Source: Leucoraja ocellata
Taxonomy: Eukaryota
Reading direction: 5' to 3'
Length of the DNA stretch: 64,000 bases
NCBI GenBank assembly: GCA_036785375.1
Contig: JAWMAR010000006.1
Coordinates: 7,564,001-7,628,000 of the forward strand
Shown piece after piece: positions 1 to 12,470 of this stretch (position 1 is the first letter of the stretch; each line of letters opens with the position of its first letter). Under the pieces are notes generated by a model, which was not told where the DNA came from, ran no database searches, and saw nothing but the letters and a program-made list of their open reading frames with translations. The position numbers and the translations under genes are program-made.

Positions 1-660
1 CTTTATTTCAGAATTTCCTTCTAGTTGTTCTCGTATAACTTGCAGCAACTGCAGATAAAATAAGTGAATGAAAGTTCTCAAAATTCAGCATGGCATGCCT
101 GTGTTAGTTCTTTGGAAGAGCGGTCCAATTAATCTTGTTCTTGTACTTTTTAGCAAATTCTCCCCTTCAGTTACTCATCAAATTCATTTGAATATTCTAA
201 TTGAAGCTGCTCCCATTCCACTTTCAGGTGATGACATTATTTTTATGTTTCTTGGATCTGTGTCCAGTGGTTATTGAGCTGTCACAAGTCTACAAAGGTT
301 TCTCCTCACCCTCTACAAACATCTCATTATTTCCAAGGCCTCTTTGTTCTTTGGTCCCAGTTTCAACAGTCTCCCCGTGCAGAGTTTTTTGTCCTTGCAG
401 TCATTCCAGTAAATCTCCACAATCTCATCATCCTTCCTTAAAAGTGCTGCTTGGAAATGGCTTCTAAATGTTTAATGCATCTTCCTAGTTATGGTACACT
501 ACACTACTGTCCTTGAAGCCAAGAATGCTGTCCTACCACCTTCAACACTCCCCCCTCTGTTCCTGCACAACATTCAAATGTTGGAAAGTAATGTACCGGG
601 TTGGAGGGGGTTGGGGATGGAGGTGCGTTGAAAGCGAAGTAAAATAAGACTGGAAAGAAA

Positions 661-930
661 GGCACAGTGGTGCAGCAATAAAGTTGATGCCTTACAGTGC
701 CAGAGACCCAGAGTCTATCCTGACTACAGGTGCTATCTGTACGGAGTTGGTACATGGGTTTTCTCTGGGTGCAGTTTCCTACCACGTTCCAAAGACGTGC
801 AGGTTTGTCGGTCAATTGGCCTCTTTAAACATGCACCTACTGTATGGAATAGAACTAGTGTATGGCTGATTATTGGTCCGCGCGGACTTGGTGGCCCTAA
901 GGGTCTGCTTCCACAAGTGTTACATCTCCT
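661..930 (+). mobile_element. HE1-type tRNA-derived V-SINE
   Basis: tRNA-like head (GGCACAGTGGTGCAGC...), V-domain (GGGTTTTCTCTGGGTGC..TTTCCT.CCAC..CCAAAGAC) and CR1/HER1-like tail. Other copies near 2090-2400(-), 6110-6430(+), 21415-21680(-), 28660-29480(+, interrupted) and 29690-29866(-). Confidence 0.85.
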
Positions 931-1494
931 ATGGTTGCAGGGGAAAGTACAGAGGGTAAGGGTGGTGACAGATGACCAGACCAGGAAGTTACAGGAAGAG
1001 TGGTCCCTTCTGAAAGTGGAAAGGCGTGGAAAGTGGAAGATCTGATGAGTGGTGGGATCCCATTGTCACTGACAGAAATGACAAAGGTCCAACTCCAGAG
1101 CTGAGACACTGATCCAGCAAGGATTGAGTGGTTCCTTACACACAGGCACACTAATGAGTTTCCAAGCAGCTATTCAAGCCTATTCTCCTGAACCGACTGG
1201 CACAGCGACTCCACATTGATGCCTTCATCAATTAAACTTTGCTTCATCTCTGTGCTGGAAGGAACTGCAGATGCTGGTTTATACTGAAGATAGACCTAAT
1301 AAGCTGGAGCAAATCAACGGGTCAGGCAGCATCTCTGGAGAAAAGGAATAGGTGACCTTTTGGGTCGAGACGGGTCTAAAGAAGAGTCAGAAACAGACGA
1401 TATGTTTTTGTACGATGTTACCAGGGGTAATGTAGCTGGGAAATAAGAGGTTTACAGATGTAAAATATGAAATCATTGGATATCTTTCTCTTAC

Positions 1495-1660
1495 CTGATT
1501 GGTAAAACTGGAACGAACTATGTTTTGCATCAATGGCAACAGAAATCGGTCCAACAATGGCCACTGTTTCTGCCAGCGCCGTTTCATTACCTTGGCGTAC
1601 ATACCTCGAACCGTGGCAAGAGGTTGCATTCCCACCAGGATTATACTTACAGATGCCATC
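1495..1660 (-). CDS. CTSL: Cathepsin L-like protease, coding exon 5 (DGICKYNPGGNATSCHG...VGPISVAIDAKHSSFQFYQSG). Later exons with the catalytic His/Asn lie beyond the left edge.
   Basis: Papain-family motif GPISVAIDA..SFQFY.SG. Acceptor ctcgtgcag, donor G|gtaaga; 166 nt, phase 0 to 1. Confidence 0.93.
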
Positions 1661-2965
1661 CTGCACGAGGGGGAATCACAAAGAAAACATTCAACTGTGT
1701 GGAGGTGACAATTTAATCTTGAACATTTGACTTGTAGTTTTGTAATAAATCACAAAACTGCTAACGCCTTCAGTCACACAGAGAGCACGGTACAACTTTC
1801 AATTCAATTTGAAGACAAACACCATTTGTATGCATAGTTTTTTTTAAAACAAAACGCGTAGAAATGATAGCCAATTATCTTTCCTGTTTAGTTCTGGCAT
1901 TGAGGCCCTTCAGTCAATTCTGATTATCGCTGGAGCTTCTAAAACACGTTACACATGAGAGCATCACTAATAAGAGTGTATAATGTCGCTGGAAAAATAC
2001 AGAAAAAATGTGATCAGTGTCCTAGAGTCATATAATAGAGTATCAGGCCTTTTAAACCACTGGATCCAAACCACACTTCATGCACTCACCACCAGAGTCA
2101 TAGAGATACAGCATACGGCACAGACACATCTGTCCACTGAGTCCATGTACATGAATCCTGAATGAATCCATTTCATTCTCTTCACATTCCCATCAATTCC
2201 CCCTTAGATTAGACAGCTTGATTCAATTTACAGAGGCCAATTAACCTATCAACACACATGTCTTTGGGATGTGGGAGGTAACCAGAGCACCCAGAGGAAT
2301 CCCATGCCGGCACAGAGAGAGCGTGCAAACTCCACACAGACAACACCAATTGCAATTGAACCCATGTGGCTGGAACTGTGAGGCTGTGGCTGTGTCACCA
2401 CTATGACATTATTTACATTTATTTTTGGGGATCTGGTATTGGGGAAGTGGTTCCAGGATTTAGAGTCAGTCAGCAGTAATGAAGAACCAGCAATAAATTT
2501 CCACGTTAGGATGGTGGTGACCTGGAGGATAAGTGTTGCTATCTGCCCTGTGCTTCTAGATGGTGGAGGTCATATGTTGGGAGGTGTTGTCAGAGCAGCC
2601 TGGGTGAGTAACTGCAGTGCATGTAATCCAGGGCACACACTGTAACCATTGTGCATTAGTGATGGAGGCAATTAATGCTTAGGATGGTGGATGAGATCAA
2701 CCTAAAGGTTGTAGCTGACATTAAATGAAACCCTGGAGTCAGAACACTACAAAACACAATGCGAACAATCACACCGTGGCACAGATTTCCCGATGAACAT
2801 CCAGGTTAAAAGATAAATAGAGACTAATCCGATGATTGAAATCCCCCATGTCTGGTTCTCCTCTCTGTGTTCTTCCAAAGAGACCCTTTATCCCAAAGAC
2901 AATAAAATGAAATCAGTTCTGAAGAATCATGAAATGTAGTTCAGTGGAGAATATTTACATGTTAA

Positions 2966-3192
2966 AGGGCCTGTCCCATTTGGCGATTTTTTCAGCGACT
3001 GCTGTTATCATTGACCGACCTATCAGGTCACCGAAGAATTTGAGGCGTGATGAGGTATTGACGTGCGGTGTTTTTTTCAAGTGTCGCAACAAATTTTTTG
3101 TCACCGCTGGATTTTGAAATGTTCAAAATCTTTTGGCGACACTGATATGATGCCGGCAGTCGCCGAAAAAATAGCCAAGTGGTACAGACCCT
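2966..3192. mobile_element. PIF/Harbinger-like MITE
   Basis: Terminal inverted repeats AGGGCCTGTCCCATTTGGCGATTTTTTCAGCGACTG / CAGTCGCCGAAAAAATAGCCAAGTGGTACAGACCCT with TAA on both flanks. Confidence 0.8.
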
Positions 3193-3983
3193 TAACACAC
3201 AGAGAAAGAATCTGTGGGAAGGGCCGGAGGTGGGATGGAATGTCGTCAAGAGAGTTATACAACTGCAAGTTGTTTTTCTCTCGTAATTTCAACCCTATAA
3301 AGTTGTTAAATTCAATGAAGAAGAGCAGTGGATTATGTCTGATGTCCTGGGCAGTATTTATCCCTTCATCAACATTACTTAAACAGATTAAATGATTATC
3401 TCTTATCGGGATTGAACTAGGCTACTCTACACAACTCTACAAACCCACTCTCTCCTCATAACCTTGGTTTGTCAGCAACATTACGGACAGTTCTCATGCG
3501 GACAAATGGGATTGGTGAAGATGGGCAAATAGGTCGGCAAGGTGGGACAAGGGGCCCATTTCTGTACTGTATGATTCTATGACACTAGTTGGAACCACTC
3601 CTTTAAAGCCAAAAAGTCCCAATATGCAAACATTGAACATGGGTTTTTGGTTGAATTATTTGTGGTTGATAGAGGAACCATCAACCCATTGAGGAACCAT
3701 TTCAAGCTCGGAAAGCCATTCAATTTCAGGGCTGTTGACTGAGTTTGTAGATGAAACATCTTATGTGTTACTGTTCCACGTAGACCAGCAGGGATCAGGT
3801 AAAGCCTTGCTCTTGCGGTTTCAACCAGGTCTGGCCGGCAAAATGATGAGCTACGTTTCTGTTCCCCACTTTATCTAGTCTACAAAAATTAAAGATGCTG
3901 TACCTCCAGCTCTTAATTCCTATTGAAGGAACAATCTTGACTCTGCTGCTTTGCAGTGGAATGAGAAAGATGAAGAACAATTA

Positions 3984-4382
<399 letters not shown>

Positions 4383-6218
4383 TCACAGTAATTGATGTCA
4401 TTGATACAGTAATAATTGCAGTGCAAGTCCAACTTTGAGTTGGAAAGTGATTTACAGCGATTAAAGTATGAAACAATGAGCAATTCAAAGACTCCAAGAA
4501 GCGTGAACGAGAATTGCTCTGACGTTTGTTTCTAGCCATAATATCACATATTGAGACAAATAAGCATCTAGCGAGAAGCATCAGGTCAGAAGGGCAGAGA
4601 AAATCCAATGGCAGAGCCAGTGCCAAGCAATCGGCCTGAGGAATGGTGAAGGTTTGTTGTTGGCTTCAGGTCCTGTGATGGTTAATATTGTGAGCAGGGC
4701 TCAATTTGGAGAGAAGAAACAGGTAACTTCAGTGTTGTGTCCTGATCCTCCCTAGATGCAGTGTGTTAACACGAGAGGGATTGGGCAGATATCAGACCAC
4801 AGGAGGGACAAGGAATTCTTGGCTTTCAAATGTAGGGTGAGTGGAGAGTAGTGGGTGACTAGAATGCACTGTCAGGGTTGGTCGTAGAAGCAGATGCAAT
4901 AATGGCATTTAAAAGCCTTTTGGATACGCATATGGATATGCAGTGAATGGAGGGATTTGGATCACGTGCAGGTAGAGGAGATTATTTAAACTTGACATCA
5001 CGCTCGGCGCAGACATTGTGGACTAAAGGGACTGTTGCCTTGCTGTACTCTCAATGTTCTATATTAACCTTTCATGCCAAGGATATTTCATGTTTATTTT
5101 TTGCCCTGCCACTTTCTTTAAGTATTCTCCTACACCCTTTGTATTGCTCAAGGGGCACATTTGAATGTAGTTGCCTAGACATACCTTTTATTTAACCTGA
5201 TCTAATCTTCAACAATCTTTGTCATCCAAAGGTCCCTCACCTCGCCATCTCCTCCCTTCACTCTTACATGAACATGCTGTTTCTGAACTCTTGCTAATTC
5301 TCTTTTTAAAAGACTCCCACTTTTCAGATGTTGGTTTATCTACGATTACAGTATTTGCTTCCTATCTATTTTTGCCAGATTCCCTCTTAAGCTGTAAACT
5401 CAAACTTCCCCCAATTTAGAACCTTAACTTGAGGACCATACTCATCCCTTTCAACAACCTTGAAACTTGTTGTTGCTTTCAATGTGTTCCCCAACCAAGA
5501 CTTCCACCCCTTACCTGGTTTCATCTCCTAAGATTGGGTAAAGTACAGCCCCTCCTCTGGTGGGGCTTTCTTCCTGTTGCCTCATAAATCTATCTTGGAT
5601 GTATTTAACAAATTCCACCTATCTAAACAATTTACCCCAAGGCCAGTAGCGGACTGGCCAGGGTGTCAGCTTTCCCAATGGCAATGGGCCCCTGATGAAG
5701 TGGGCCCCCTTTGTCTCCTGGCAACCAATACTTTTAGACCCAGTCCGCTCCTGCCCAAGGCAATCCTAGTCAACATTGGCAAAGTTATCCCCCCATTCCA
5801 GACCTATAACCTAATGCTCTTGCAGCTGTTTGTGCAAGCAGGGACCAGCATGGATGCTCCTGAAGGAATACTGGGATCTTATTCCCATGCAAATTCCAAG
5901 TTCTCGCAGCTATATGCTAAACATTCTATCTGGACGAATCAGAGACTACAGTGAAGTTGGTGTAAACATAAAACTTAGCCCATTTGGATATTAAAGTAAA
6001 AAAAGTGATCTCTTTCTTGGAATACAGATTTATTCTGAGATGTTGCCTCCAATTTTCACCAACCTCCTCCGGAAGGCTAAGTCATGATTTAACTATTCCA
6101 AATTTGGGACAGTACAGTGGCACTGCTCCCTCACATCGCGCCAGAGTGCCAGGTTCAATCCTGACCTCTGGTGCTGTCTGCCTGGAGTCATGTTCTCTCT
6201 GTGACCACGTGGGTTTCA

Positions 6219-6949
6219 TTTAGGGGCTCCAGTTTCTCCCACTTCCCAAAGAGTGGGCTTGTCCTTAGTAAATTGGTCCTGGTGGATATAGGTGAGAGGG
6301 AGGATCTGAGCTAGGGTGAGGGAGGTTGGACGAAAATCTGGGTAGAATAACTAATAGGATTTATGCAGGATTAGTTAAATGAGCAATTGATGGTTGGCAG
6401 TGACTTGATGGGCCGAAGGGCCTGTTTCTGTGACCCAATGGCCCAAAAAAAATCACATCACAAACACCCCTACAAAATGAAAATGGGCAAAAAAAAAAAA
6501 AAGCTGTTTTGGTTCCTTCGTTTTCTAAGTAGTTAATAGTTTCTTCAGAAGCCTTAATCATGATCCTCGTCACCATCTTACCTGGTTTTTTACTCCGGTC
6601 ACGTAACCTTTGGTCCTCCAGTCAACACTCTGAGGGAGTTTGGAAGGCTTGGGACCACCTGAAGCTGCCTCCTTCCTGATCAAGTCCTTCATTTCAAATG
6701 CGTGGAAACGATTCCAAAATTCATTGAACTCCTTGGCCGTCTATAATGGTCAGTAGATAATAATATTAGACTCACGCATACAATAGCACCCACCCCCTCC
6801 CCCCAAAAAAATCCTCCCAAACCAGAATCAGCAGATGTGAAGCAACAACCTCCCTTGCTCAGATCCTCCCTCTCACCTATATCCACCAGGACCGATTTAC
6901 TAAGGACAAGCCCATTCTTTGGGAAGTAGGAGAAACTGGAGCCCCTAAA
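6219..6949. repeat. Inverted repeat with 98-bp arms (6219-6316 and 6852-6949) enclosing cathepsin exon 6582-6740
   Basis: Manual alignment gives 94/98 identity between the left arm and the reverse complement of the right arm. Confidence 0.92.
6582..6740 (-). CDS. CTSL: Cathepsin L-like, coding exon 3 (TAKEFNEFW...LPQSVDWRTKGYVTGVKNQ): end of propeptide, mature N-terminus and oxyanion-hole Gln
   Basis: Translated by hand (absent from the ORF track). LP.SVDWR.KGYVT.VKNQ motif; attatag acceptor, CAG|gtaaga donor; 159 nt, phase 0-0. Confidence 0.95.
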
Positions 6950-7575
6950 GGTGGAACGTCACCTATCCATATTCTCCAGAGATGCTGCTGGACCTGCTGA
7001 GTTACTCCAGCATCTGTAGTTCCTTGTATCTCCTAAAACTAGTTTGCCTGCATTCTGCAATTAAACACAATGGAATTCATCCCAGCCTTGGACTTCCCCA
7101 CTTTTGTTTTCTTCTAAAGTTCATTACTTGCATTGAAGTCTCGGCTGCAAACTGGGAAGGTTGGATATATATGATTTGTCTTCATTCCCTTGAGTTTGGG
7201 GGGGATGATTTTTAAAAAAGCTTCCACTAATTTGTGTCCTGACTGTTGCTGTCGCTACAGTTTGGCAACCTGCCATCCCGTTTCACTCCCAAGTTCCTCC
7301 CTGTGTTGGGCATTTGCCCTGTCATAGAAACGCAGCTCGTCACACCAAAGGCAAACTCTGCATAAGCGCTGAACCAAGCATGGCAATTGTATCTGAATAT
7401 GGCTTGACCACTAAAGCATTCAGCAACTCTCTGGCAACAGATACAAACGTTGCTTGGGGAGATCACTGGGTAGTGATCAGTTAAGTCTTCTGAATCCAAG
7501 GACTCCTCCCTAACAGTTGGTTCATCGAGTTTTGGTTAGGATTTGGGCATTGCACCTTTCACAACAGCATATATT

Positions 7576-8116
7576 CAGTAAATGTCTGATAATCCAGCCA
7601 TCTTGCGACTTTGGACTGGTGGATTTTCTGGATTATCAGATATCACTCGTATAACCAGCACAATTTTAATTCACATTTCTTTGGATATTACATGGTGGTA
7701 TAATTGTTTTCCCTTGAATCCAGTGAGTTAGAGTGCAGGGGAAATGGGACCCCAAGTGAATGTCTAAGTTTTGGGAGAAATCCCAGTTACTTTATAAGGA
7801 GCATGGGAGTGCGTACCCGGTGAGTTTATAAAGAGCGTGGGAATGGGTGCCCAGTCAGTTTATATTGAATGTAGGAATGGGTGACAAGTCAGTTTAAATG
7901 GAGCATGGGAACGGGTGACGAGTAAGTTTATAAGGAACAGAAAATGCATCTCCAGTGAATTGATAAGGAGAGTGGGAATGGGTTCCTGGTGAGTTTATAA
8001 GGAATATGGGAGCAGGTCCATGATTAGTTTATGGGATCCCTGGTGAGTTTATAATTAGCGTGGCAATGGGCAAGAGTTTCAAAACAATCGGATAACTGAT
8101 TATTGGAATTGCACTG
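7576..8116. mobile_element. Degenerate pogo/Tigger-like non-autonomous element containing a minisatellite
   Basis: Ends CAGTAAATGTCTGATAATCC / GATTATTGGAATTGCACTG. Related fragments near 20990-21095 and 32315-32520. Confidence 0.55.
7786..8075. repeat. 34-bp minisatellite, about 8 degenerate units (consensus approx. GTGAGTTTATAAGGAGCGTGGGAATGGGTGNCCA)
   Basis: Units start at 7786, 7820, 7854, 7888, 7922, 7955, 7989, 8023 and 8043. Confidence 0.9.
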
Positions 8117-8245
8117 TTCTGTACTATGGGGTCTGCACTCAGGAGCCGTACAGGAAGGAACTGTGCAGCCCACCCAGTCTATACTGAACATCAAACACCC
8201 ACTGCAGAGCATGTTTAGCACCGCGCGCAACACGTTCCCACTCAC

Positions 8246-8368
8246 AAGGTCTCCAAAGTAGTTCATTCCCATCTGAAAGGAGTGCTGTCCCATGGAATGT
8301 TGCAGGTTGTGGAGTTCAATTAACTGCAAGTTCTCCTCCCACACCGATCTCCTGTAATTACCTTCAAT
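8246..8368 (-). CDS. CTSL: Cathepsin L-like, coding exon 2 (IEGNYRRSVWEENLQLIELHNLQHSMGQHSFQMGMNYFGDL), I29 inhibitor prodomain
   Basis: ERFNIN-type (E-x3-R-x3-W-x2-N-x3-I-x3-N) and GNFD-type (GMNYFGD) motifs. 123 nt; tctctgtaag acceptor, gtgagt donor. Confidence 0.95.
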
Positions 8369-10132
8369 CTTACAGAGAGAAGAGAAAGCAAATTGGTCAC
8401 ATGATAAGAGTCAAATGTAAAGTTATCTTGAAAAATGTCATTACCACTCTTGGAATGCCCACTGCTTCCGTATCTCCTGCTAGTGAAGAGTGGAGCAGTG
8501 GACGAGATTGATGGAAAGATGTAAAATTCAGAGGGGTCATGACAGGGTGGGTGTGGAGAGGATGCTTCCTTTGATGAGAGGAGCTAGGGGTTACTGTTTA
8601 AAAATAAGTCAACCCATTTAAGACATAGATAAGGCAACATGTTTTCTCTCCGAGGGTCATGAATCTTTGAAACTCTCTTCCTCATGTGGATTCGATGGGC
8701 CGAATGGCCTAATTCTACTCCTTGAACGTGTGACTGTCAACAACCATTTATTTAAAACTACCTGCACACATGGTGGGTAGAGTTTCAGAACATTGTGCTA
8801 ATAACAAAGAAGAAAACATGATATATTTCCACAGGACCACTACCAGAACTCTCAATACCAGGGCCCTGTAAGGCTGTGTTCTCAGCCTCGTGCATCCTCA
8901 GAAGGACATTTCTTCTATCCAGAATTGTATGGTCTTGAGTAGCAATAATGCTCACTGGGGAAACAGCATGCTCCGTTCTTGGTTGATTCTCTCGCACCAA
9001 GGTGAGGGAATCACTTAATTAAAAAATGTCTTAATTGACATGACAAGAATGAGTGGATAAAATTAGTGAAAACCATTTAACAACCAAAATTTAGGTTGAA
9101 ACAATGGCCAATATCCCAGATAGAATTTGCATTAAAGCCACTGAGATCACGTCACAATAAATTTACAGGGCAATGTGGCAAGTGCCTGGCAAGTACCACC
9201 ACAATGCCTTGAAAGAGCTGAGAATAATTATAGGCTACAGTGGTAAGGTCTAGATCCTGATATTGAATTCCAAAGGACTGAAACTGTAATCCTAGAGGGG
9301 ATTTTAACTGGAGATAATTTTATCTACCTGTTTGTTATTTTGGAGGTAAGGAGTATAGGCCATACAAATCCTGACTGTGCAAGGAACTGAAGAGTCATAG
9401 AGTCATACAGCGTGAGAACAGCCCTTTGGTTTTATTGCCCACACCGACCAACATGTTGCATCTATAATAGTCCCACCTGCATGTGTTTGGCCCATATCCC
9501 TCCAAACCTGTCCTAACCATACACCTGTCTAAATGTTTCTAAAATGTTGCGATAGTACCTGCCTCAACTACCTCTCCCAGCAATTTGCTCCAAACACCCA
9601 CCAAACTTTGTGTGAAAAAGTTACCCCTTCAGGTTCCTATTAAATCTTTCCCCTCTCACCTTAAATCTATGTCCTCTGCTTCTGAATTACCCTACTCTGG
9701 GCAATAGACTGTGTGTCTACCCGATCTATTCCTCTCATGATTTTGTGTACCTCTATAAGATCACCCCCTCATCGTCAAAGAGCTTAGAAAACATACGCTG
9801 ACACAGAAGTTCTCTGATATGTGTGTAATAAAATTGGTCTCCCACAATGTGAGGCTCTTTATACTTGCTGTATTGGGAACTGGTCTGACCCAACAGGATA
9901 TTGAATCCACATGAACACTCTCCCAGCCACAGGAAGCTGAGTCTTACCTAAAATAATGCTGTAAAATAACTAAAGCAGAATACTGTACATAGGTGTATAT
10001 GCACAATTTGATGCCATCACTGGCTACGCAAGAAACATATGGGGAGTTGTACACAGTTTGTGGTTACAGATGATGATGCAGGATGCTCCCTAATTGAAAT
10101 TCGACCTGCGTTGGCTTGCTTCAGCCTCTTAC

Positions 10133-10267
10133 CTCTATGTATTCCTTCTTGTGAAACGATTTCCAGTTCAGCCAGGCCCCATCCAATGCGGGATTGTGCA
10201 TGTGGCCAAAGGCTACAGCCAGGAAGGGTGCCCACAAGCAAATGGAAAGGAAGGATGGCTTCATCAT
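10133..10267 (-). CDS. CTSL: Cathepsin L-like, coding exon 1 (MMKPSFLSICLWAPFLAVAFGHMHNPALDGAWLNWKSFHKKEYIE): signal peptide and start of prodomain
   Basis: Translated by hand. Hydrophobic signal peptide followed by LD..W..WK..H.K.Y; GAG|gtaaga donor. An acceptor (tttgttcactag) at 10275-10276 implies a non-coding exon further upstream. Confidence 0.93.
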
Positions 10268-10519
10268 GTACTACCTAGTGAACAAACAAATCACAGTCAA
10301 TGAAGGTTGCTGGACAGTGACCCACAGACAAATTATGCACTTGGGATGCTTCTTAACTAATGAGATGACACAGTCCTTTTAATTCTCTGCAGTAAAGAAA
10401 TCAGAGCCCCTTTCTGTCGCATTTGCAATTAAGAGCTGATGACAGATTAATATCCACGAGATGGCTTCTCCTAATCATATTATTTACAAAAAATACAATC
10501 AGAACATGTCATTCATTGC

Positions 10520-11070
10520 AGCAGACAATTCCTTAATCTCCTGAGGAAGTAGAGGTATTGGTGTGTTTTTTGGGCTGTAGTTTCAATGTGATTAGTCCAA
10601 GACGGATTATTGGTGACATTTACGCAGAGGATCTTGAAGCTCTTGACCATTTCCACCTCAGCACCATCAATGCTGATTGAGACATGTACTCCACAGTGCT
10701 TCCTGAAGTCAATAGCTAGATAGTCCATAGTGCTGACATTGAGGGAGAGGTTGGTGGCTTGATACCGTATTACAAAACTATCTATCTCCTTCCTTTACTC
10801 TATCTCTTCATTGTTTGAGATCCAACCCACTACAATTATGTTGTCTGCAAACTTGTAAATAGGAGTAAGAGCAGGAGTTGGCTGCAGTAGCTGCATGGTA
10901 TACAGTAAGGAGCCAAGAACATATTTTTGCAGGGTACCATTGTTGAGAATTATTGATGAAAATGTTTTGTCTTCTGTCGTCACTGACTGTAGTCTATGGT
11001 CAAAAAGTTAAGAATCCAAAAGGCAGAGGGGGGTTGCTGACTCCTAGGTCCAGGAGTTTGGAAATGAGTT
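10520..11070 (-). mobile_element. Rex1/Babar-like LINE RT fragment (decayed)
   Basis: IYKFADNIIVVGWISNNEE, IDFRK...IDGAEVEMVKSFKIL and QYLYFLRRLR motifs. Other RCTVESILTGCI.AW-type fragments near 18130-18490(-), 26460-27120(+), 32740-32950(+) and 58670-58930(+). Confidence 0.8.
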
Positions 11071-12184
11071 TGGTTCAGAGGGATGTGGGCCAAATGCAGG
11101 TAAATGGGACTAGCTCAGAATGCCAGCTTAGTTGGCATGGACATTGGATTGAAGAACCCATCTCCATCCTATACAGCTCTATAGCTACATCAGTATAGCA
11201 CATAAATGGGCCCTTCTGCCCACCACATCCAAGCTAACCTATCTGCCCTCTGACTAATCCCATTTGCCACATCCTTTTATGCCCTTCCTAAGGTTTCAGA
11301 TATTCAGAAGCTGCAACCTCTCACACGCAATATACACATGCAGACAGAATTAGAAAGCAATCTGGGAGTCTGCAAACCAATTTAAAACCTGTTGCACAGC
11401 ACTCTCCACCCCATGTCCACAATGTAAGGGACGAAGATTCCTGTTTAGAAAGACCTCCGTCCTGTCACTGCCAGACAACAGAACAAACCACCATAGTGTG
11501 TTGCTATGGCGTATGTGGGCAAGGAAGTGGAGAGTGTGCAGGAGTGGCCAGTACAGGAAATACCTCTGAGCGGCATAGAATAGTGCAAAGGGCAATTCTG
11601 AGCAACAGCTCAGGCTATCTAACATCCTGCCACCTCTGGACTCTGGAAGGATGGGCCCTCTGTCACAGTCTCTCAAATGTTCCATGCATGTATTGTTTGA
11701 GGAGAAAACATGCTGCTGATGGATTATACGAGAATATATTTAATTGAATGTACAGTAAAAATACAGAAAAACATGTACTGTATTTACTGTACATGTTATG
11801 AATAAAGTCCATTTTTGAAAATAAAAAGCCAAGAAAAGGCACCCAAACAACAACTTTTCAACGAAAACCTTCTTGTGCACATTGTTTGTCTGTTATAGTA
11901 TGTAAGGCTGCCGGACAATTTAGCACTTTCAAAATTGGTAAGAATTACAAAACAATTAAGTGACTAGTGGTTGACAGACTAAATGGTTCGCTTCAGTTTA
12001 ACCACTGGAGTCATTAAAACCATGTCTGTTTTACCACAAGTGATTCCTTTTAATAGCGATTTTAGTACAAGATAACCTCTCTAACATTAATTTCCTCAGG
12101 TTTGACAGAATTATGTTAGTATTAGAAATTGCCCACACATCAATGCAAACTATCTCCACACTCTCACTTATTGTGTGCTTTTCA

Positions 12185-12470
12185 GCACAGTGGCTTAGCG
12201 GTAGAATTATTGCCTTACAGTGCCCGAGACTCAGGTTCGATCCTGACTGTGGTTGCTGTCTGTATGAAGTTTGCACATTCTCCCTGTGATCGTATGGGTT
12301 TTCTCTGGGTGCTCCAGTTTCCTCCCACATCCAAAAGACGTGCAGATTTGTTGGTTAATGGGCTTCTGTAAATTATCCCTCGTGTGTAGGATAGAACTAG
12401 TGTCAATGGGTGATCAGTGGTCGGTGGGGATTTGGTGGGCTGGAGGGCCTGTTTCCACGCTGTATATCTA
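12185..12470 (+). mobile_element. Full-length HE1-type V-SINE
   Basis: A/B-box head (GGTTCGATCC), V-domain and tail GGGCCTGTTTCCACGCTGTATATCT. Confidence 0.88.

Noticed and set aside
661-740. tRNA-like heads of SINE copies as tRNA genes
   Set aside because: There is no complete cloverleaf, and each head continues into the V-domain and LINE-derived tail.
1-1494. Last cathepsin exons (catalytic His and NSWG), or a pseudogene call based on their absence
   Set aside because: They are not found in this stretch, but introns here are 1.5-2.5 kb and all five visible exons are intact, so the gene most likely continues off-window.
7786-8075. 34-bp periodic repeat as a CRISPR array
   Set aside because: Units are head-to-tail with no unique spacers, and the context is a eukaryotic intron with no cas genes.
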